Of a stretch of 64,000 nucleotides of DNA, positions 24,655 through 38,636 are shown piece by piece (positions within the stretch are counted from its first letter, which is position 1; every line of letters starts with the position of its first letter). Source of the stretch: Takakia lepidozioides (taxonomy: Eukaryota > Plantae > Bryophyta); the NCBI GenBank assembly GCA_030704615.1, contig CM060732.1:75268001-75332000 (forward strand). The letters run 5' to 3'. Both the position numbers and the translations under genes were made by a program. Below the pieces are notes generated by a model. It was not told where the DNA came from. It saw nothing but the letters and a program-made list of their open reading frames with translations, and did no database searches.

Positions 24655-24800
24655 GGCCTTTGGAGGATTGTTTGGAAGATATTTCAGGGCCCTTGGAGGA
24701 GTATTTGGAGGATCTTTGGGGTCCTTGGAGGATTGTTTGGAGGATCTTTGGGGTCCTTGGAGGAGTATTGGAGGACCCTTCGAGGAGCTTTGGTGGACAA
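24655..24800 (+). repeat. TTGGAGGA-based minisatellite (about 11/33-bp period) in the element leader
   Basis: Repeated CCTTGGAGGA.T.TTTGGAGGATCTTTGGGGT units. Confidence 0.8.
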
Positions 24801-25456
24801 TGTTGAAGAGCTCTTGAAGGATTGATTGAGGGATATTTGAAGGATACTTGCCATGGCCATACAAGCGAGTGGATAGAGAAAGGAGAGAGAGTGGTGGGAT
24901 GAGAGCATTATGGGATTAGGAATTGCTTTAGTTTCTCTTCTCCATAGTCTTTCACCATCTCTGCAGGCCAAAACCTTTCCGTAGGTGGAGGCAAAAGTCA
25001 GTCCAGGTTTGGGCTGGGGTGTCCTTGCAGGAGCGACACTGTGGAGTGTTTTTGGTGTGGGGGAGTTGCTGTCTTGATTTTCTTGTGTTTGGATCCCCTC
25101 CACACCTGCATGCTTGACTGTGCGTCATGTTAGCTTTGTGTGGGCGCTTGTTTTCATAGGAGGTTGGTCCGGATTTGATCACCGGCCAATCCTAGAGTGT
25201 GCTGTCGGTGGTGAGGCTGGAGTGATGACTAGCAAGACCACCAGTGTTTCTTCTATGGTGAGGCTGGGTTGATGACCAACAGACCATAGGAGTGCTTGCG
25301 GTGGATGCAGGTGCAAGTACAGATCTACGTTAGAAACCTATTATTCATGCTTGAACCAGTAGCCGCAACAGGTTCTCTACCCGGTTACCTTGTAGATTAA
25401 AGTGGGGATTAGAGACAGGTTGACAACCGGTTGGGTTGTGAGTTTTCGTCACGGAG

Positions 25457-25820
25457 GTGCCACCAGTTGCTAAGGGGAGTGCCGGTACAAACACCAGCGA
25501 TACTAGTGGGTACACAAGACGAGGTGTGCGGTTTAGGCCACCTTCACCTTCAGTGTCTTCTGAGGAAGGTTCAGACTCGGAGTCAGGAGGATTCTCGTCG
25601 AGGGTGCAAGTCATTTCCGTGCCATTGATGTGGGACACGATGGAGGAGATGTATGGAGCTACCAAGGGGCCACGTAGGTACTCTGGAGCTGTGGGCACCA
25701 TCGAGCTTGATGACTTCATACAAGAGTTTGACATTGGTGTGATTTGCAGCAAATGCGCAATCCACAACTGTTTACGCCCTTTATGGCGTGGAAGGGGATA
25801 TTCCAGTACCTTGAGGGGTT
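25457..25820 (+). pseudogene. Truncated gag N-terminus
   Basis: PRRYSGAVGTIELDDFIQEFD (frameshift) WCDLQQMRNPQLFTPFMAWKGIFQYLEG, then an abrupt jump to pre-protease sequence; most of gag appears deleted. Confidence 0.55.
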
Positions 25821-25879
25821 GCAGGAGTTGCCAGCTAGGCCAGCCATTGAGTGCAGTATGGTGACTCTTGGGGTAGTCT

Positions 25880-26260
25880 TGGTGGACAATCAGGATGGAG
25901 TGTTTCAATTGGGTGGCCCAGCCGGGAGGAGGTATAGGCCACTGCGGGTCTTGTTGGACTCGGGAGCACAGCCATTGATGTTGGGGAGAGCAGCAATTGC
26001 AGGCTTGGGCCTTACAGAGCCTTGCCTTTTCCAAATTCAAACATCTTTGGGCGGTTCAGAGAAGGCACGAGGGATTACACGCCATGAGCTCTTCATTCGA
26101 TTGTAGCCAGATCATCCTACAGATGACTCTGTCATGAGAGCTAAAGCCATTGTTACGAACGCGATGTCTTATGATGTGCTTGTTGGTGGGGTTGTGTTAT
26201 ACCCGATGAGCTTTACTTTGGACTTTTGGGAAGAAAGGACATCCTACAGGCCGGAATGGC
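25880..26260 (+). pseudogene. Retropepsin aspartic protease domain
   Basis: RVLLDSGAQ active-site motif and C-terminal YDVLVG motif; one in-frame TAG at 26104-26106. Confidence 0.85.
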
Positions 26261-26658
26261 AGTCAGGGGATGGTCGACGTGCACTACTTCCAGTCCGGTT
26301 TATTGGGAATGTAGCAGTGGATCATAGGAACATGATGCCCACATTGGCTGCATTCTCAGGGGTGGTGGCTTGGGGTGGTGAGCTCTTAGAGGGCAATAGC
26401 CATGCAGATGATAGACCACCACCTGATGAGGACAAACAATTGGCATACAAGGCTGATTTGCTTCCTCATGTGCTTGTTCATATTCCACTGTGGGATACAG
26501 TTGGGAATTTGCATCGAGTAGCAGGCGAGTGTGTGCACCAAGCATGGCAGGAGGCCTATCCATTGGTGAGTGAGGGGAGTTCAGTGACATCACCCGGACC
26601 TCCTCAGTTAGCTCCTTTGGACACAATGCCCATTACCTGGCAACCACCCGACTCAGGG

Positions 26659-27620
26659 ATTTGTTTGCTAGACATGTTTGGAGGCATGAGCACTGGGCTT
26701 GCAGGAGTGTTGCAAGCAGGGATTGAAGTACGCAAGTACTTGTATGTGGAGAAGGATGAGATAGCTCGGCGTATTTCTATACGCCACATCGCTTTGCTCA
26801 CACACCGGTATTCTGAGTTGGTGCCTCTCTCAGCAAATCAAGGGTATCAAAAGGCCTTGCCAGCAGACATTATCTTGCTGGGGGCGGATGATTTGGACCA
26901 GCATGGTGCCATTGACTTGGTGATAGCTGGATGGACTTGCCAAGGACACTCTCCCGCAGGTCATGGGAATGGCTTGCATGATGCACGATCGCATTTCTTC
27001 TGGGAGATGTTGAGAGTGTTGCGTGACTTGCAGACGAGGCAAGTGCAACCTCTAGCCTATATCTTGGAGAATGTTCCTCTTATGGGGGGCTCTCGGGCCA
27101 GGGTTATGACCAGTGTACATCAGGTGCGGTCTTGGATTGGATCGGCGGTGCTATTGGATGCAGCAACTGTGGGATCACGAGCGCATCGACCTTGATTGTG
27201 GTGGACCAATCTTGCACCACCAGAACTGCTCAAGAGAGCATACGATTCAATTCAACGGCCACCCAATCTCACAGTTGATGGCATTTTGGACCAATGGAGG
27301 CAACCACAGAGGGTGCGACATGATGACCGTCCACCTCTAGCAGTGGTAAATCGAGTGGGGCAGCCACGTGCAGCCTTGCATACGCTCATGAGCTTTCCCT
27401 CGTCTCATGCTTTTCGAGACAATGGTCCTGGATTGATTTGGGACAGTGTGCTACAGTAATTGGTGGAGCCCAATGCGGATGAGCGAGAGCGGGCAATGGG
27501 ATTTGCCACGGGCACTACAGCTGTGCCAGCTCTGTCAGAGGCTTCATGACGCTAGGTGTTGGATCAGGCAATGGATCTCAATTGTTTGACATGGGTCATT
27601 GGCTTGTGCATGGCTGAACA
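26659..27620 (+). pseudogene. DNMT3-like C5 cytosine DNA methyltransferase domain within pol
   Basis: Motif I LDMFGGMSTG; II YVEKD; III ADI; IV DLVIAGWTCQ; VI ILENV; VIII AHRP*LWWTNL; IX ERERAMGF; X *R*VLDQAMD; linear I-X order. Confidence 0.9.
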
Positions 27621-28101
27621 ACGGAGATTGCAAGCACTGGTGGCTACTTCTGCACTTCCATTGGATATTGCACCATCTCTGCCAACCAGGACGGTGGAGG
27701 CAGTGAGCGGGGGCGAGCACATGATCATGGGGTGCAAACACCCATGGCAGATGTGGGATGAGATGCGCAAAGAGAGAGAGTCATTGGATCTCTCAAGCAG
27801 TATGAGGAGTGGGAGAGCCAACACTAAGGATCAGTTGGCGGCCAATGTGACCAATGCTTTTGAAGAGGTTGAGAATGTTTCTTCCCCAGAGGATGTTCTC
27901 AAGGTGGCTATGGCGGAGCAAGTGGAGGCTACGCCACGGTCAAGGTGGGCGGATAAAGCCCAAGAGGTTGCTATCTAGCAACCAAAGGATGCGTCTCCTA
28001 CTTCCAAGCCTGGTGTACCCAAGGTTGCAGTCACTGAGGACAACTGGGAACCAGATGTTGGACCTACAGTCACCGGAGGAGAGAGGCGGAGGATCCAGTG
28101 A

Positions 28102-29465
28102 TTTCTAAGGGCTTATAGAAATTGCTTTGCCTTCGGTTTGAAGGATTTGGGGAGTTTAAAGGACCAGGAGATTCGTATTGATTTGACAAGTGACATGCCA
28201 ATTTTTCGAAGGCCCTACAGGTATAGTGATATGGAGAGGTCTTTGATCCAGTCACGGACTATGGAGTTGTTCAAAGCTGAATTGGTGGAGTTGTCAGGTG
28301 GGGAGTATGCCTCGGCAACGGTGATGCCAGCTAAGAAAGATATCTATGGCAATTGGACAGAAAAGAGGATGTGTGGGGCCGTCCTGTGAACCGTCAGACT
28401 AAGTCCGATAGATATGCCATGCCAACTCCAGAGGAGATCTTTGATGCCATTGGGCATGCAAAGGTGTTTAGCACATTGGACTTGCGATCTGGTTACCACC
28501 AGTTGCCAATCAAGGAGGCTGACAAGCAAAAGAGGACATTCTGGGGGATTGACCAACATGGGAAGGATTGCTTGTACCAATGGCAGTTCCTACCGTTTGG
28601 GTTGAAGAATGCTCCTGCAGAGTTTCAGAGGGTCATGGATAGGATTCTTGCGGGGCTAGACTTCGCCCGGTGCTACATTGATGACCCATCATCATCTTTA
28701 GTGCTACGATTGAGGAACACGAGAGACACCTTCAGATGGTGTTTGAGCGTTTGAGAGCGCTTGGGTTGAAATTGCACCCTGGGAAGTGCAAGTTCTTCAA
28801 CAACCAGATTGAGTATTTGGGCCACATGATATACCCTGGAGGATTGGGTGTTCAAAAGACGAAGGTGGAGGCCATTGCAAGCATTCCACACCCCATTGAT
28901 GTTATCAGAGTTCGTGCTTTTATGGGGTTGACAAACTACTATCGATGGTTTGTTAAGGGGTTTAGCAGCATTGCAAAGGCTCTTACCAAGTTGACCAAGG
29001 CGGGTCAGGAGTGGCAGTGGGAGGAGGAGCAGGAGGAAGCCTTTGAGGAACTCAAGGCTCGATTGACTTCTGCGCCTATTCTGAGGCGACCTATTCGGGG
29101 GCGGTCTTTCTAGCTACATACGGATTGGTATGCTGGGGATTGGAGCAGTGCTCACACATGTGGATGATGAGGGAAGAGAGTTCATAGTGGCATATGTTAG
29201 CCGCTCGAACAATGATGCCGATGCGAAGAATAGTTCCTATGAAGGGGAGTGTCTAACTGCAGTATGGGCAGTGACACATTTTAGATGCTACCTCTATGAC
29301 AATCTCTTCACCCTTGTCACGGATCACCAATCATTGAAGTGGTTGATGGAGTCAGACAAGCTTACAGGAAAGCTTGCACGGTGGGTATTTATGCTTCAAG
29401 AGTACGACTTCCAGGTGGTGCATTGAGCCGGAATAGTCAACCGGGATGCGGATGGATTGAGTCAC
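28102..29465 (+). pseudogene. Reverse transcriptase and RNase H
   Basis: IFRRPYRYS, FSTLDLRSGYHQ, LPFGLKNAPAEFQRVMD, YIDD, KLHPGKC, YLGH; RNase H LHTDW, YEGECL, TDHQSL, ADGLS; frameshifts near 28378, 28686 and 29128. Confidence 0.95.
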
Positions 29466-29849
29466 AATCCATGCACAAGTGAGCTTGATGATACAGGAGC
29501 TCGTTGGCATGGTGAGACGGACGAGGAGATGGTGCCAGGATGGCACGCATTTGCCTTTTTATGCATTCTAGCAATGGGAGCTCAAGCTGGTCCATCCCAT
29601 GCGATTGGTCATAGAGATGGTGTGCATGACTATCTAGAGATCAGTGAGGAGCTTGGTGGTGCTAAGGATGTACATGAAGATGCAGCAGTGTTGGCCTACC
29701 TTCGTACTAGAGAGACAACAACTAGTGTGACTGCTAAGGAGAGAGATCAGATTCTACAACGAGCTAAGAGGTTCAAGTGGGAGGGGACTTACCTACTCCA
29801 AGTATGGGAGGATGGACGAGTGAGGATTGTGCCTCATCCAACACAACGA

Positions 29850-30930
29850 GCGCGATTGGTACGCCATGCCCATGAGGAGTTGGGACATTTTGGGGTGCGG
29901 CGCACTCATAGTTTGCTGCAATGACAGTATTGGTGGCGGGGCATGCACACGGATGTGCAATAGTTAGTGGCAAGGTGCATGGTGTGTGATAGTGTGCGGG
30001 CTTCTTTCAATGCACCTACTCCACAATTGCATCCTTTACCCATTATGGGTTTGGGCTATCATTGGAGTCTTGATTTCGCAGACCCATTGCCACCAACGAT
30101 TCGTCATAACAAGTATGTGCTGGTGATGGTGGAACATTTCTCCAAATGGATTGAACTGGTGGCATTGCCTGACAAGGCAAGTGAGGGGGCTGCGTATGCA
30201 TTCTTAGATCGATTGCTTAGCCAATTTGGTGCTTCAGTTGAGGTACTCATAGATTAGGGGAGAGAGTTCTTAGGAGAGTTTCAGGCTTTGTGTGAACAAG
30301 CCTTGATAGATCACCGCACTACTTCTCGGGATCATCCCGAGGCTGATGGCTTGGCCGAAAGGGTTGTGCAAACAGTCAAGCAAGGTCTGCGGATGGCTTT
30401 GCAGAAGGGACACTTGGGAGATTGGGACCTTCAACTACCTTGGTTGGCCATGGATTACAGGTTTAGCAAACAAGCATCACTTGCCTCGTTCTCGCCTTAT
30501 TTCCTTCTCTTTGGCCAAGAGCCAGATTTGCCTGCATCTATTCGCAGGGAAACTGCAGTAGTCCTCAACCTTGATGATCCGGATGTGTGGACACAAGCAT
30601 GTGCCCAACGGGCAGAGTTGTTCAAGAGAGTCATGCCTATGGCTTTTGATAACCTTGCTATTGCCCAACACCGAGACACATTGAGGTACGCCACTATATG
30701 TGGAGGAGGATATCGGCCAGGTGTTCGGCGTTTCCATTATGGGACTATGTGTATCTGCAGCAGACAATGCCTATGACCTTGGATGTCACAGCTGGTTATG
30801 TGATTCTAAGGGTCTGGGAGGTGTTGCCTTCAGGAGTGTTGATTCTGGAGGGTCGAGATGGCATGGTATGGAAGGATCATGTGCGCAATTGTACGCCATG
30901 TCACCTTCCACATGTGGATGGAAGGATAGA
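29850..30930 (+). pseudogene. DDE integrase
   Basis: HHCC zinc finger (HEELGHFG...CMVC), WSLDF, VEHFSKW, ID*G (DQG), DGLAERVVQ, SPYFLLFG. Confidence 0.92.
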
Positions 30931-30964
30931 TCCCAACCTTACAGTGGTACCTGCAGGGTTGCGT

Positions 30965-31099
30965 TGCATGCTATGTGGGCATGCTGGTGGTGCCGCGACC
31001 ATGTTCGTATGTGGCAAATGCTCAAGGGGGTGGCACATGGGATGCTTGACACCGCCACTTGAGGAGGTTCCTAGTGGAGAATGGTTGTGTCCACGATGC
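30965..31099 (+). other. PHD finger (C4HC3) at the integrase C-terminus
   Basis: CMLC...MFVCGKC SRGWHMGC LTPPLEEVPSGEWLCPRC, stop at 31114. Confidence 0.92.
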
Positions 31100-31371
31100 C
31101 TTGGACAGAGGTAGTGGGGCATGACAGTGGCGAGGTTGACAAGTGATCCAAGGTGTAGCTAATGGGAGTTTGATGCCATGGACACCCAATTGAAGCCATG
31201 GATTGCACGAAGGCGAGTAGTGATGGGGTTACTTTTGTACCCAGCCTCTTGATCTATTGACCTCAGATAGTGGGAGTTGGGCGATTGATGACCAAACGAT
31301 GATCATATTGGGATGGATACTTGTTAGCTATCTGGTGTTAGAGGGACCTAATCACCGGCTAGGGGGGCGAT

Positions 31372-31935
31372 TGTGGTATAGCTTTCTAGGATTGTATGGT
31401 GGCCACGATGCTTAGGTGCACGACAGCTGTCATGGTTTTAGTCTTGGTTATCTAGAATTACCTACTTCTAGTTAACTAGGACATTTTAGATATTTATATT
31501 TATATTTTGTGTGTTGGGACTTCATTGGGTGTCACATGCCAAGTGAGGTGTCCAGCCTCACTTGGGACATGAGGATAGGTTTTCCCCTTGTGAGGATGGA
31601 GGAGGCTCATCTTCTTGTAGTTGAGCCTCCATGAGCTTCTCTCACCTCCATAGCTCTAGGTATTGAGAGGGAGTGTGTTGAGGGCTTTGTAGGGTGGATT
31701 CCCTTAGCAAGGGTGCCCTTGGCTTGACTTAGTTTATGTGATAGAGTGGATTTCACTTGGAAGGACTAGGGCTTGTTCTTAGTGTGATTGCTTCATGCTT
31801 TAAGAGTTTTCATTGTCTTCCACTTCTCTCATTTCTCATCTCTTATCTATTGTGGTATAGCTTTCTAGGATTGTGTGCTTAGATTGTGTGGTGGACAACG
31901 ATGTATGTTGTGGCACGATGCTTAGGTGCACGATA
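31372..31935 (+). repeat. 3' composite terminus B1 (31372-31425) - GC - A2 (31428-31847) - B2 (31851-31935)
   Basis: B1 and B2 share TGTGGTATAGCTTTCTAGGATTGT...CACGATGCTTAGGTGCACGA(C/T)A; A2 matches A1. Confidence 0.9.
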
Positions 31936-34237
31936 GCCAGTTCTCAATAGTAGTATGATTTTCGATTTGCGGACGAGTATCAATAGGATGGTTATTCCAA
32001 TCTAATACCAGCCGGTTATCAACCCGGGTATAAATAATCAAAATTAAAAATTAAAATAACCACTAAATCATGGAATTTAGAAGATTTCAATTAATTTCAC
32101 AAAGAAATTAATTATTATGTTGCAAAATTCAGTTTTGCATTACATGATAACAACGTTGCAGATTTCAGTATCCAAGCTTAGTTAATCCCTAAAGGACGAG
32201 CTATTTTTTGGTGGCCCACTAAAAAGGGTGCATACCCTTATGGACCAGGGTGTAATTTCTTACCCCCGATCATCCATGGGGATGAACCTTATACTTATGT
32301 GCGTATCTACTAGATCCATGTCATGTAAAAAATATAGGCAAATTGACCCTTGCATTCTGGAGATTATAACAAACTAATATGCCCCAATTTGTAAATATAT
32401 TCAAGAGTTGCATGGAAAAAATTGTTTGACCACAAAATTGAAGTATCAAGTTGAATCTTTCTAGACAAAGGCCCTCCATAATCTGATTATATGGCACCTA
32501 AACTACTGCCTCCCCCAAAAAAATGACCAAAATTCCAAAATTTCAGATAGGCTGCTTTGTATGTGAAATTTGGGGGGTAAATTATCTTGTTTTGGCTTCT
32601 TTCCCAAGTATACCCATGAGGTGACATTTGTTTTCCAATTCTGGTAAGTAAGTGCACAGTAACATTTCAAGGTGCCTTGTCCAAATTTTTTGGCATTATG
32701 ATAAATTTTCCGCCCTAGATGTTATCTTGAAGATTGCCCATTTGGCTACCACGTAGGCAGGTCAATGGTGCTCTAACACTGGATCTCCTGAAACCCTGGC
32801 ACTTTGCAAAATTTTAGGGAGCAAAGCTTTTATGGATTTTTGGTGCTGTAAATTCCCACATGTGCTCCTCTCTGACATCTACAATTCATCTTCAAGGTTC
32901 ACTTCTATCCATTATCATCCATGGGAACTGGAGCGTGGCAAGTAATCTCACGCCACCCGATTCGGGTCGCGTCGTCCTTTGGGGATTAAAAGAAGCCTGA
33001 TTGCAACCCTCATCTTCAAATAAACCAGCATCTGCAATGAGGTCCTCATAAGACACCCTATATATGCTAAAAATAAATAAAGAATAAGGGCGGGCCCACC
33101 CTACATGTGGTAGTGGCGGGCCCTTGGGGCTGGACATGCCCTGCCTGACATGTGCACCCTCTTACCCTGACCCTGACATATTGTGTACCCGCCAATTTTG
33201 TATTCAAACCATGGTATAGTTCTTGTTTTTGCCCATAATAGGGGTATGCACCCCGGTATTGCCTTGGCAATACCAGCCGGTCCGGTTATCAACCATAGTA
33301 TTGGAATTGCCAATACCAGCCGGGTCGGTTATTCAATACCCTGGTTGATACCCGGCCAGACCCTATATACCAATCCAACAGTGGTACAGGCAAGCAAGCT
33401 GTCTACAAAAGCACATTTGGGTTGACAATGTAATGGCTTGGTGAAATCATCAGTGGGTTATGTATTATGTTTCAGGGGGTTTTGCAATTGAGACAGGCAA
33501 ATGATGTGTACGAGTGCAGCACCATCTCGAAGGGAAGCTCCGCCTGGGATATTTCAACGGAACCACCAGTCTGAGGTTCAACTTCATAAACTTCTGGTTA
33601 GCCTTCTTCAAATGACCTGCAGAGTTCTGTTCACGGGGAGTGATGTTGAGGTCCGCACAGGCACATCTGCTACCTTGTCTTTGGGTCAATCAATATGAAT
33701 TAATGCTTTCATAAAGTTGTAAGCACTTTCCAGGAAATCTCAATACATGTTCACCAACAATGCTCACAAATAAGCAAGACCCTCTCAAGTCTTGCATCTC
33801 ACATATCAATCTAGTTGACTGTCTAGCAGACCCTAAGGCTCCTTGGAGCCACTTCAAATCGTCCCTGCTTCTCCACATACTAGTGGGAACCATGCAGACT
33901 TTCAAGTCTCTGGTAAATTCATAGCCAGAAAATCCACAGGTGTTACCAACCCTATTTGCCAGGAGAATGGAATGGACTACTATATGGATAGTGTTAGCTA
34001 TCCTGTGTATGAATACATCACTTGAGCTCAAGGACAGGTGTATGATTCACTTTGATGTGTTCCAAAGTTGCTATGACAGGACATGACGAGCCTTATCTGA
34101 TGGAGATCAAGAGCACTCACAATTCAAGTTGATGGCAACAAGAACAGTGTAGATCATCGGGTTAGTAGCCAATATGACTTTCCACTCTTGGTTGAATGAG
34201 TGTCTCATCATCATGTATATGTGAAATTTTAACTACA

Positions 34238-37206
<2,969 letters not shown>

Positions 37207-37687
37207 CGCTTCCCTTTTCCACCACAAGAAATCGGGGAGAGAAATATCGCTAAGTGTTCTTCTTATTGATCTGAAACATAATCAGCACGCGAAATGGAAG
37301 CCTCTCTAAAATTCCTTAACCTTAAACTTCTTACAGGTCTTTCTCTCTATCTTCTACTTACATCGAAATTCTCCCTGAAGAAGGATCCTGAAACACATAC
37401 ATACAATAAGAAACGTAGTGTAGATTGCTATAGTCCTACAAAACAATGGAGGATTTGAACAGAGCTGAGGATTAGGAGAGCTAGCAGAGAGGAGGGAGGA
37501 CTCGTTTGAACGAGACTGTTTGCCGCGCTTCACTAGTAAATACTAGTAGTTAGTAAGTTACTAGTAACTAACTCTAGTTACACTAAAACAAAACCCTAAA
37601 CCCTTCTCTCCCTCTCTGAAAAGAGAGGGTGAACGTATGTGGCCTTTGATGAGCCCGACCAGTTTGATCGCACGAAGGTTTGATTTC

Positions 37688-37719
<32 letters not shown>
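37207..37719. promoter_or_regulatory. Compact bidirectional promoter/5' UTR region between UBC37 and RPL20
   Basis: 513 bp between divergent ATGs; telo-box AAACCCTAAA at 37591-37600; (GA)n at 37691-37719 abutting the RPL20 ATG. Confidence 0.6.
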
Positions 37720-37723
<4 letters not shown>

Positions 37724-38636
37724 ACAATCAGAAGATATTCGAGCTGGCAAAGGGCTTTAGGGGCAGGTCAAAGAACTGCATTCGTGTGGCCAGGGAGCGT
37801 GTGGAGAAGGCGTTGCAATATGCCTACCGAGACCGACGCACCAAGAAGCGCGACATGCGTGGTCTCTGGATTCAACGCATCAATGCTGGCACTCGTGAAC
37901 ATGGGGTAAGTTTCGTCTCGCTGCTCCTCTCCATCCTGGGCCCAATGGACTCATTTTAAGGTCTGGTAATGAAGGGTGATCTCGTTAGGGTACTAAGACG
38001 CATGGAACCTGTCGGTGGGTTTAATTCTCCAGGGTATTGCACAGCTTTTGTATCAAAGAGAGGGTTAGGTGGGTTAACAAGCTCTGGACTCTGGTGCATG
38101 TTGTCCACAGTGGTTCTGGTGAACTTGCATCTCCACTGCATGGGTGTTGATTGGTGACTTCCTTTCACATGCTATCGGAAGATCCTCACTTGCTGGTTTC
38201 GACTTCCTTTGTGAACTGTCTCGGGTTTTCTAGAGTTGAAAGTAATGTCATTTCGTCTGCTTGATACTTGATGTGCAAGGCTTTTTGTAAGGCTCCTAGG
38301 GTTTCTTCTTGCAAATTGCATAGATGTGTTGTCAACCAGATCATTCTGGTCTTTAAGACAGAATTGGGTTGTGGATGAGAACTGTGGGTGCAGGTGAATT
38401 ATGGGCAGTTTATGGATGGCCTAGTAAAGGAGAACATAGACCTAAATCGCAAGGTGTTGTCAGAGCTTGCCATGCATGAGCCTTACACCTTCAAATCCTT
38501 GGTTGATATCTCCCGCATCTCATTTACACAAGCAAAGAACCATGGGAATTATGGGCAGTTAATGGATGGCATAGTAAAGGAGAACATAGACCAAAATCGC
38601 AAGGTGTTGTCAGAGCTTGCCATGCATGAGCCTTAA
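37720..38636 (+). CDS. RPL20: Nuclear-encoded organellar (mitochondrial-type) ribosomal protein bL20, 2 exons, with C-terminal internal duplication
   Basis: Exon 37720-37905 ([12 protein letters not shown]...[27 protein letters not shown]) and exon 38394-38636 ([25 protein letters not shown]). Confidence 0.88.

Larger units (their letters stand above)
22643..31935 (+). mobile_element. Ty3/Gypsy-like retrotransposon, gag-PR-DNMT-RT-RH-INT-PHD, with split direct terminal repeats; defective copy
   Basis: Ends TGTCATG...CACGATA; TSD GCCA at 22639-22642 and 31936-31939; domain order PR-RT-RH-INT; purine tract AGGGGGGCG at 31361. Confidence 0.92.
22521..33383. mobile_element. Non-autonomous hAT-like element (~1.57 kb net) interrupted by the Gypsy-like retroelement
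   Basis: Ends CAGTGTTGG / CCAACAGTG (one mismatch); subterminal AATACCAGCCGG motifs at both ends; TSD only degenerate (GTCCGCGC / GTACAGGC). Confidence 0.55.

Noticed and set aside
26659-27620. Host DNMT3/DRM gene or bacterial contamination
   Set aside because: Intronless, in frame with protease and RT, inside the TSD-bounded element, and flanked by ordinary plant genes.
22643-31935. Classification as a DIRS/PAT/Ngaro tyrosine-recombinase element
   Set aside because: No tyrosine recombinase seen; it has a protease, an HHCC-DDE integrase and a TSD, and its MTase has C5-cytosine motifs rather than the adenine-MTase motifs of DIRS.
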